Shown: positions 25,877-32,000 of the stretch, in pieces | Layout: each line of letters opens with the position of its first letter | How positions within the stretch are numbered: the first letter of the stretch is position 1 | NCBI RefSeq assembly: GCF_000025945.1 | Contig: NC_006138.1 | Location: forward strand, 1,380,001 to 1,412,000 | Direction of reading: 5' to 3' | Source of the DNA: Desulfotalea psychrophila LSv54 | GTDB taxonomy: Bacteria; Desulfobacterota; Desulfobulbia; Desulfobulbales; Desulfocapsaceae | DNA: 32,000 nt | Made by a program: the position numbers and the translations under genes | Notes under the pieces: generated by a model | Told to the model about the DNA's origin: nothing | Databases searched by the model: none | The model's input: the letters and a program-made list of their open reading frames with translations, nothing else

Positions 25877-26347
25877 ATGCATCTTGATAAGACAGATAGA
25901 AAAATACTGAATATTCTTCAGGGAAACGGTCGTATCCGAAATTCTAAGTTGGCTGCAGAAATTGGTATCTCCCCTCCCGCCATGCTTGAACGGGTAAAGA
26001 GACTAGAGTTGTCCGGTATTATTACTGGTTTTACTGCTCAGGTAGATCGGGATAAGGTGGGATACGGGCTTCTTGCAATTATTATTGTCTCTGTCAATCT
26101 TCACCAGGTTTCCTCACTTACAGCGGTTAAAGAGAAACTGAAGGCTCTTGATTATGTTTTAGAGTGTTATCAGCTGACGGGTGATGTCGATTTTATGCTG
26201 AAGGTTGCTGTAAAGGATATGCAGACCTATACCACATTTGTTAACACCCAACTATCTGATATCCCTGGTATTCAAAATGTGAAGACATCTTTTGTCCTTG
26301 AGACGCTTAAATCAAATAATGCAATTACACTTGCAATAGATGAGTAA
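25877..26347 (+). CDS. Lrp/AsnC family transcriptional regulator
   Basis: 156 aa. LDKTDRKILNILQGNGRIRNSKLAAEIGISPPAMLERVKRLELSGII is the HTH. The C-terminal part is a RAM/ACT-like domain. Confidence 0.88.
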   Translation: MHLDKTDRKILNILQGNGRIRNSKLAAEIGISPPAMLERVKRLELSGIITGFTAQVDRDKVGYGLLAIIIVSVNLHQVSSLTAVKEKLKALDYVLECYQLTGDVDFMLKVAVKDMQTYTTFVNTQLSDIPGIQNVKTSFVLETLKSNNAITLAIDE

Positions 26348-26370
26348 AAGAAAAATTTGTAGGAGAAGGT

Positions 26371-26967
26371 ATGAAAATTGTAGGTGTTGCGGGTAGTCCT
26401 CGTCATGATAAATCTTCGAAATTTTTGCTTGAGCGTTGTTTGCAGAGCGTACGTTCTGTGGCTGCCGATCAGCAAGAGCAGATAGAAACAGAACTTATTG
26501 ATCTTGCCGGGATGGAATTTTCTGGCTGTATTTCCTGTAATTTATGTAAAAAGGGATTGCAGTGTAGTTTGCAGGATGATTTTCAACCACTCTTAGAAAA
26601 ACTTGCCGCTCCTGATATTGCCGGGATTATTTTGGCAACGCCTGTTTATATGGGCTCTATGACGGCACAGATGAAGGCCTTTATTGATCGTACCGTTGCC
26701 CATCGTCGTAATGGCTTTCTCTTTCGAGATAAGGTGGGTGCAGCCATTGCCGTTGGCGGTTCTCGTAATGGTGGCCAAGAGCTCACCATTCAGGCTGTGC
26801 ATGCGGCGATGATGATTCATGATATGGTCATTGTCGGTGATGGCGGACATTTTGGCGGAATTGCCTGGGGAAATCATCCGGGTGGTTACGCTGAGGATAA
26901 TGTTGGTATTGCCACCGCAGAAAAATTAGGGGAGAGGGTTGCCCATCTTGCCCTTCGTTTGTCCTAG
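26371..26967 (+). CDS. Iron-sulfur flavoprotein (Isf-like NADPH-dependent FMN reductase family)
   Basis: 198 aa. It has MKIVGVAGSPR and the compact cysteine motif CISCNLCKKGLQC (CX2CX2CX5C), which is typical of the Isf 4Fe-4S site. TPVYMGSMTAQMKAFIDR is also present. An SD AGGAGAAGG lies upstream. Confidence 0.75.
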   Translation: MKIVGVAGSPRHDKSSKFLLERCLQSVRSVAADQQEQIETELIDLAGMEFSGCISCNLCKKGLQCSLQDDFQPLLEKLAAPDIAGIILATPVYMGSMTAQMKAFIDRTVAHRRNGFLFRDKVGAAIAVGGSRNGGQELTIQAVHAAMMIHDMVIVGDGGHFGGIAWGNHPGGYAEDNVGIATAEKLGERVAHLALRLS

Positions 26968-27081
26968 GAGGGATGGGGGCGCTGTTTTTCTTTGCTTATC
27001 TGTAGGCCTTACATGATTTTTTATAGTATCCTTTTATTAATGCCTTTGTTTAACCTTTACTTTTAATAAAAGAGGATGATT

Positions 27082-27675
27082 ATGAAACGTTGGAAATGTA
27101 GCGTTTGCGGTTATGTGCATACTGGGGATGTCCCTCCCGAAAAATGTCCTCTGTGTGGTGTTGCAAAAGAAAAATTTGTAGAGATCGCGGCAGAGAAATT
27201 ATCCCGACAAGAGAAAGTTAGCGGCAGGGTGGGGCAAAATTTTTGGATTAGACAGATCCTGAAGCACCATCTTCATCCTATGTTGGTTCATTTTCCCAAT
27301 GGTCTTTTGCCCGTCTCTTTGCTTTTTCTTGCCCTAGTCTATCTGTTTGGCGGCACCCAACTTCAATATGCAGCTTTTTTTAACCTGATTGCTGTGCTTA
27401 TAGTTCTCCCTGCCGTGATGTTTACAGGTTATGTGGAGTGGCAATCAAGGTATCGGGGGGCCCGGACCCTTCTCTTTAAGATAAAGATAGCTGCATCCAT
27501 AACAGTGCTTACCAGTTTGGTTATTCTTGTCCTCTGGCGTTTTGTTAATCCTGAGGTGATGGCTGTGGGCTCTTCGCAACGACATCTCTACTTTGCCCTT
27601 GCGGCGTTTATGGTTGCTGCGGTGGCACTTGCCGGTCATCTTGGTGGCACCCTGGTGCATAGGGGGCGAGATTAG
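27082..27675 (+). CDS. Rubredoxin-type zinc/iron-ribbon domain fused to a DUF2231-like 4-TM membrane domain
   Basis: The N-terminus reads [24 protein letters not shown], with CxxC...CxxC. It is followed by [12 protein letters not shown] and the C-terminal GHLGGTLVH, which are typical of DUF2231. I prefer ATG 27082, which lies 5 nt after GAGGA; the track start is 27076. Confidence 0.7.
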   Translation: MKRWKCSVCGYVHTGDVPPEKCPLCGVAKEKFVEIAAEKLSRQEKVSGRVGQNFWIRQILKHHLHPMLVHFPNGLLPVSLLFLALVYLFGGTQLQYAAFFNLIAVLIVLPAVMFTGYVEWQSRYRGARTLLFKIKIAASITVLTSLVILVLWRFVNPEVMAVGSSQRHLYFALAAFMVAAVALAGHLGGTLVHRGRD

Positions 27676-27725
27676 TTTTCTCTCCCCTGTTTTTATATTT
27701 TAACCGTTTTAGCTTGGACGTTTTT

Positions 27726-28355
27726 ATGATGATTCCCCTTGATGTGGCCCTTACCTTTTTGTTTGCCTCCGTTGTCCTTGCTCTCGTTCCTGGCCCGGAT
27801 AATATTTTTGTCTTAACCCAGTCAGCCCTGCATGGGAGGAGATCGGGGATAGCGGTTGTCTTTGGCCTCTGTACGGGGGTGATATTCCATAGCTGTGCTG
27901 TGGCCCTCGGGGTTGCTGTTATTTTTCAAACTTCTGCCCTGGCCTTTACTGTCCTCAAATTTTTAGGCGCAGCCTATCTGGCCTATCTGGCCTGGCTCTC
28001 CTTTCGTACTAAAGGCTCTCCTCTTGTGGCCGGGGAAGGACTGGAACAGGACAGGTGGAAGCTTTACCGTCGTGGTATTCTTATGAGTATTACCAACCCT
28101 AAGGTCTCTATTTTTTTTCTGGCCTTTTTGCCACAGTTTGCTGATCCTGCCCGTGGCCCGGTTTCCCTTGCAGTATTGCTGTTGGGTGCTCTCTTTATGT
28201 GTTCCACCGTTGTGATCTTTGGTCTTATCGCCTTGCTGGCAGGTAGTCTTGGTGAGTATTTGCATCGTTCTAAGAATGTGCAGGTTTGGCTCCATAAAAT
28301 TGCCGGTACCGTTTATCTGGGACTTGCGGTAAAGTTAGCCCTGCTGGAGAGGTAG
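27726..28355 (+). CDS. LysE/RhtB family amino-acid exporter
   Basis: FLFASVVLALVPGPDNIFVLTQSALHGRRSG is present, with six TM-like segments and ITNPKVSIFFLAFLPQF. The start is uncertain: ATG 27726/27729 or TTG 27714. Confidence 0.8.
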   Translation: MMIPLDVALTFLFASVVLALVPGPDNIFVLTQSALHGRRSGIAVVFGLCTGVIFHSCAVALGVAVIFQTSALAFTVLKFLGAAYLAYLAWLSFRTKGSPLVAGEGLEQDRWKLYRRGILMSITNPKVSIFFLAFLPQFADPARGPVSLAVLLLGALFMCSTVVIFGLIALLAGSLGEYLHRSKNVQVWLHKIAGTVYLGLAVKLALLER

Positions 28356-28461
28356 GTACCAGGGCTTTACTCTGGAAAACGGCTGAAGATAATGGAGAGT
28401 AGGATGAGGTACTGTTCATTGTGAGAATTTGGGAAGGCAATCCCCCTTGAGCTTGGTCAGT

Positions 28462-29223
28462 ATGGAAAAATTTGTAGAAATTCGTATACAGCTTCGTGAT
28501 ATTTTAGAGAACTCCACGACTCGGATGAGTAAGATTATTTATTGGGTCATACACTGCCTGATTATTACTGCCCTTGTCAGCTTCACCGTTCATACCCTGC
28601 CCGAGCTGTCGCCTACGGCAAAGCAGATTTTATACCTTGTCGATCTGGCCTGTCTCTGTCTTTTTTCTGTAGAGTATCTCCTGCGCCTCTTTGCGGCTGA
28701 AAATCGATTTCGATTTGTCTGCTCATTTTTTGGCATCGTTGATCTCCTGGCTATTCTTCCCTACTTCCTCACCCTTGGTCTGTTTGACATGCGGGTATTG
28801 CGTCTCCTTCGACTCTTGCAACTGTTTAAGGTAGCCCGCTATAATAAAGTTTTTAAGAGGTACTATCGTGCCTGTCTGCTCTTGAGGGTGGATCTTGCCT
28901 TTTTTCTTGCCGTTGCCCTGATAACTGTTTATTTGGCGGCCGTGGGGATTTATCATTTTGAAAACCTTGCCCAGCCGGATAAGTTCGGCTCCATTTTTCA
29001 GAGCCTTTGGTGGTCGGTAGTGACCCTCACCACCGTGGGTTATGGGGACGTCTTTCCCATAACAACTGGTGGTAAGGTTTTTACCTTCGTCCTCCTGATC
29101 ATTGGCCTGGGGCTTGTTTCTGTACCTGCAGGTTTGGTGGCTTCAGCACTTGGCGAGGCCCGAGAAATAGAGAAGGTAGAAGAGAAGGGCAAACCGGAGT
29201 ATGGAGAGACCCACGAGCAATAG
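28462..29223 (+). CDS. Voltage-gated-type (6TM) potassium channel
   Basis: The S4-like segment is MRVLRLLRLLQLFKVARYNKVFKR, with arginine at every third position. The pore has WWSVVTLTTVGYGD, carrying the selectivity filter TVGYGD. The start is uncertain (ATG 28462 or TTG 28429). Confidence 0.85.
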   Translation: MEKFVEIRIQLRDILENSTTRMSKIIYWVIHCLIITALVSFTVHTLPELSPTAKQILYLVDLACLCLFSVEYLLRLFAAENRFRFVCSFFGIVDLLAILPYFLTLGLFDMRVLRLLRLLQLFKVARYNKVFKRYYRACLLLRVDLAFFLAVALITVYLAAVGIYHFENLAQPDKFGSIFQSLWWSVVTLTTVGYGDVFPITTGGKVFTFVLLIIGLGLVSVPAGLVASALGEAREIEKVEEKGKPEYGETHEQ

Positions 29224-29248
29224 CTGTGGGGGGTAGGGAGAGACGATA

Positions 29249-29288
29249 GGGGGACAAGGTCATAGGCTGATCTTGTCCCCCTTTTTTT
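29249..29288 (+). terminator. Rho-independent terminator of the K+ channel gene
   Basis: A 10-bp perfect stem GGGGGACAAG / CTTGTCCCCC (29249-29258 / 29272-29281) is followed by T7. It overlaps the stop codon of the convergent CBS gene. Confidence 0.85.
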
Positions 29289-29958
29289 ATTCCGGGATAA
29301 AGGGCCTGATATCCTCGACGTATTCATTGACGATCTTGAATTTTCTCTCTTCTAAGGCCCTCGTGGCTCGAGCAACGTCACAGGTGGCTATTCGAAAGAT
29401 AAGCTGCTGTATTCCTGGATACTTGTGTGCCGGGCAACTGAATATTGATTGAAGGTTAATTTGTTCTTCTTTCAGGGCTTGGACAATTTCAGCAAAGGCA
29501 CCGATGTTGTCCTTAACATAGACCGAAAGTCTTGCTGATTGTTCGTCCATGCCAATGGCAGTGAGGAGCACCCCCATTACATCGGTAGAGGTGATAATTC
29601 CTGCCAGTCTGTTGTTGTCAAGGACAGGCAGGGCGCTGATATTATTTTGTTGCATGATGTATGCAGCCCTTTCCACCGTGGTTGAGACGGTGATGGTCAG
29701 TACAGTTTTGACCATGATGGATTTTACCTGTACCTGTTCCAATAGGGAGGTGAGCTCATAGACGCTGAGGGTGGTTGCCGGGGAGGCCCAGTTTTGCTTG
29801 AGGTCTTTGTCGGAGAGGATTCCCTCTAAAACACCCCTGTTATTGACCACCAAGAGATGATCAAAGGATTTGCTGTCCATAATTTTGCGTGCTGTGACAA
29901 GATTTGTTGTGGGGGAGATGGTGACAAGGTCCGTATGCATGATGTGGCCAATATACAT
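29287..29958 (-). CDS. CBS-pair plus C-terminal ACT-like domain protein (AcuB-like)
   Basis: It has IMHTDLVTISPTTNLVTARKIMDSKSFDHLLVV...GILSDKDL and a second CBS, IMVKTVLTITVSTTVERAAYIMQQNNISALPVL...GIITSTDV. I prefer the ATG at 29956-29958, which has AGGAGA 5 nt upstream; the track ORF extends to 30009. Confidence 0.8.
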   Translation of the reverse strand: MYIGHIMHTDLVTISPTTNLVTARKIMDSKSFDHLLVVNNRGVLEGILSDKDLKQNWASPATTLSVYELTSLLEQVQVKSIMVKTVLTITVSTTVERAAYIMQQNNISALPVLDNNRLAGIITSTDVMGVLLTAIGMDEQSARLSVYVKDNIGAFAEIVQALKEEQINLQSIFSCPAHKYPGIQQLIFRIATCDVARATRALEERKFKIVNEYVEDIRPFIPE

Positions 29959-30392
29959 AAAATTCTCCTGTAGGGTGTGGGGTGGCAGCAGAGAGGCAGT
30001 GGTCTTCATCTTCTATAAAATAAAGAATATACGTCTTTTTTTCTCTTGTCAAAAGAAAGAGGATTCTCTTTGCTATGGTTAGGCCTCATGATTCTGTCCT
30101 TGCTTTTAGACGACGAATAAAATTACTCTGGGCTCGCCCGCTGCTTGGTTAAGTTTTGTCTTGGCTTGTTTTTGCTGTATAAACTTAACAAAAGGCTTGC
30201 TAGTGAGGGGCTCTTTGAGGTAGTTTGAGAACGTTCGTTGATTATAATGACTATTAAGCTTGTAAAGCTGTCTTTTGCACATGTTTTGCAGCTACTTGTG
30301 ATTGAAATTATAGAAATTGTTTTATATTTAATGTGGGCTGTGGTGGTAAGGAGCAGGTCACCTCAGACAATATGTGCTTATCAGGAGATATT

Positions 30393-32000
30393 GTGACTAG
30401 CAGAGAGAAAAAAACAGAGAGTGAATCCATGCTTTGGATGTCAGGTAATGAGGCTATCGCCCTTGGAGCCTACGAGGCAGGCGTGAAGGTGGCCTCAGGT
30501 TATCCCGGGACACCTTCAACGGAAATTATGGAGAATTTGTCCACCTATGACTCGGTTTATACCGAGTGGGCGCCCAATGAAAAGGTAGGTCTTGAGGTTG
30601 CCATTGGTGCCTGCTTTGCCGGAGCTCGGAGTCTGGCGACCATGAAGCATGTCGGGGTGAATGTGGCAGCAGATCCACTGCTTACCGTTGCTTACACGGG
30701 TGTTCGTGGTGGCTTGGTGGTGGTCAGTGCCGATGATCCTGAGATGCATTCCTCGCAGAATGAGCAGGATAATAGAAACTTTGCCCTTCATGCTAAGATA
30801 CCCTGTATAGAACCCTCCGAACCTGCCGAGGCAAAGGCCATGATGAGGCTTGCCTACGAGTTGAGTGAAGATCTTGATACTCCCATTATGTTTCGCATTA
30901 CTACCAGGGTCGCCCATGTGAAGGGTGTGGTCGAGAGGGGAACTCGGCTAGAGGGGCCTGTTGCCTGTGGCCTTGAAAAGGTGCCGAGCAAGATGGTTAT
31001 GCTTCCCGGTCTGGCCAAAAAACGTCGTGTCTTTGTTGAAGAGAGGATGGACCGTTGTAAGACCATTGCCGAGACGGCTGATTTTAACCGGATAGAAGAG
31101 GGTAGTACTAAACGTGGATTTATTACTGCGGGTGTTGCCTATCTCTATGTTAAGGAGGCCTTTCCACAGGACTCTGTGCTTAAATTGGGGATGACCTGGC
31201 CTCTTCCGGAGAAGAAGATCCGTGAGTTTGCCGCTTCGGTTGATGAACTTTATGTGGTGGAAGAGCTTGACCCATTTTTGGAAACGCAGATCAAGGCCAT
31301 GGGGATCAGCTGTCACGGTAAGGATCTTATTCCTAATCAGGGTGAGCTCAATACGGCCATTGTCCGTAAGGCGATCACCGGTTTAACGGATCTTGAGCTT
31401 TTTGAAGCTGTCGATCTGCCCATGCGCCCGCCTAATATGTGTGCCGGCTGTCCGCACCGTGGCATTTTCTTTAACCTGTCGCGGATGAATGTCTTTGTCT
31501 CGGGCGATATTGGTTGTTACACCCTGGGATTTTTACCACCGCTCTCGGCGATGGATGCCTGTGTTTGTATGGGCGCATCGGTACCCATGGCTCACGGTAT
31601 GGCCAAGGCCCTTGGTGAGGGGAGCCATGATAAGGTTGTTTCGGTGATCGGTGATTCCACCTTTATCCATTCAGGCATAACTGGCCTTATTAACACGGTA
31701 TATAATAACTCTGCCTCAACCCTTATTATTCTTGATAACCGCATTACGGCAATGACGGGTCAGCAGCAGAATCCTGCCACCGGTTATAATATCAAGGGTG
31801 AGGCGGCCAACGCTCTGGATCTTGAGGCGCTCTGTCGAGCCGTCGGGGTAAAGCATGTTTATACCGTTGACCCCCATGATATTATTAAAACACGTGAGGT
31901 GATGAAGGAGGCAGTTGCTCTTGATGAACCTTCGGTGGTTATTTCCCGGGCACCCTGTGTCCTCATACCGGAAATGAAGAGCCGTAAGACTGTTTCCTAT
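30393..32000 (+). CDS. iorA: Indolepyruvate:ferredoxin oxidoreductase alpha subunit, 5' portion (3' end outside window)
   Basis: This ORF is absent from the track because it has no stop in the window. My hand translation gives SGNEAIALGAYEAGVKVASGYPGTPSTEIMENL, MCAGCPHRG, and the TPP motifs GDIGCYTLG and GDSTFIHSGITGLIN. GTG 30393 has AGGAG 5 nt upstream. In-frame ATGs at 30429 and 30438 are alternatives. Confidence 0.85.
   Translation, partial: MTSREKKTESESMLWMSGNEAIALGAYEAGVKVASGYPGTPSTEIMENLSTYDSVYTEWAPNEKVGLEVAIGACFAGARSLATMKHVGVNVAADPLLTVAYTGVRGGLVVVSADDPEMHSSQNEQDNRNFALHAKIPCIEPSEPAEAKAMMRLAYELSEDLDTPIMFRITTRVAHVKGVVERGTRLEGPVACGLEKVPSKMVMLPGLAKKRRVFVEERMDRCKTIAETADFNRIEEGSTKRGFITAGVAYLYVKEAFPQDSVLKLGMTWPLPEKKIREFAASVDELYVVEELDPFLETQIKAMGISCHGKDLIPNQGELNTAIVRKAITGLTDLELFEAVDLPMRPPNMCAGCPHRGIFFNLSRMNVFVSGDIGCYTLGFLPPLSAMDACVCMGASVPMAHGMAKALGEGSHDKVVSVIGDSTFIHSGITGLINTVYNNSASTLIILDNRITAMTGQQQNPATGYNIKGEAANALDLEALCRAVGVKHVYTVDPHDIIKTREVMKEAVALDEPSVVISRAPCVLIPEMKSRKTVSY

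Noticed and set aside
27972-27989. A perfect 9-bp tandem duplication GCCTATCTG-GCCTATCTG inside the LysE gene (AYL-AYL).
   Set aside because: It is in frame and lies within a TM helix, so it is likely a neutral slippage event. It has no regulatory implication.
30247-30396. A 49-aa hydrophobic upstream ORF (MTIKLVKLSFAHVLQLL...). Its TGA overlaps the proposed GTG start of iorA (GTGA).
   Set aside because: It has no SD, and the sequence is AT-rich and looks non-coding. A perfect TATAAT at 30243-30248 overlaps its ATG, which suggests the region is promoter or 5' UTR rather than coding. Ribo-seq would be needed to revive the idea.
30516-31316. Two minus-strand ORFs (133 aa and 122 aa).
   Set aside because: Both are antisense to the clearly recognisable iorA reading frame, which the ORF track omits because it runs off the window end.
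1-32000. CRISPR arrays, IS elements, prophage genes, toxin-antitoxin or known defence-system signatures.
   Set aside because: Reading both strands, I found no regularly spaced direct repeats, no terminal inverted repeats flanking ORFs, and no transposase, integrase, nuclease or helicase type ORFs. The window looks like core chromosome.

Overview
This is a chromosomal, housekeeping-type segment. Gene content suggests an anaerobic Desulfobacterota-like (deltaproteobacterial) genome: iorA, an Isf-type iron-sulfur flavoprotein and rubredoxin fusions. That taxon call is inference only. About 27 protein genes and one tRNA-Cys are supported. I saw no transposase, integrase, CRISPR array or rRNA. The main blocks are: (i) a minus-strand sulfur amino-acid operon, metX-metW-cysE-cysK-LysR-AEC transporter; (ii) rnc, a radical SAM gene, an ABC-F ATPase, a MOSC gene and an EamA gene on the plus strand; (iii) a polyphosphate module in which ppk1 diverges from a CHAD / orphan ParA-like ATPase / DIPP-like Nudix operon, which is the most interesting candidate system (possible polyP-granule positioning and turnover); (iv) a hybrid histidine kinase with an adjacent periplasmic-binding-like protein; (v) an Lrp / Isf flavoprotein / rubredoxin-DUF2231 membrane fusion / LysE group; (vi) a minimal Kv-type K+ channel, a CBS-ACT protein and the 5' part of iorA. 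Several genes have anomalous 5' or 3' ends that point to frameshifts, phase variation, non-canonical starts or sequence errors. These are ppk1, the binding protein with a T9 tract, the LysR regulator with no canonical start, and a beta-helix surface protein with a fragmented downstream region. All calls rest on reading the translations and sequence by eye; no database search was run.
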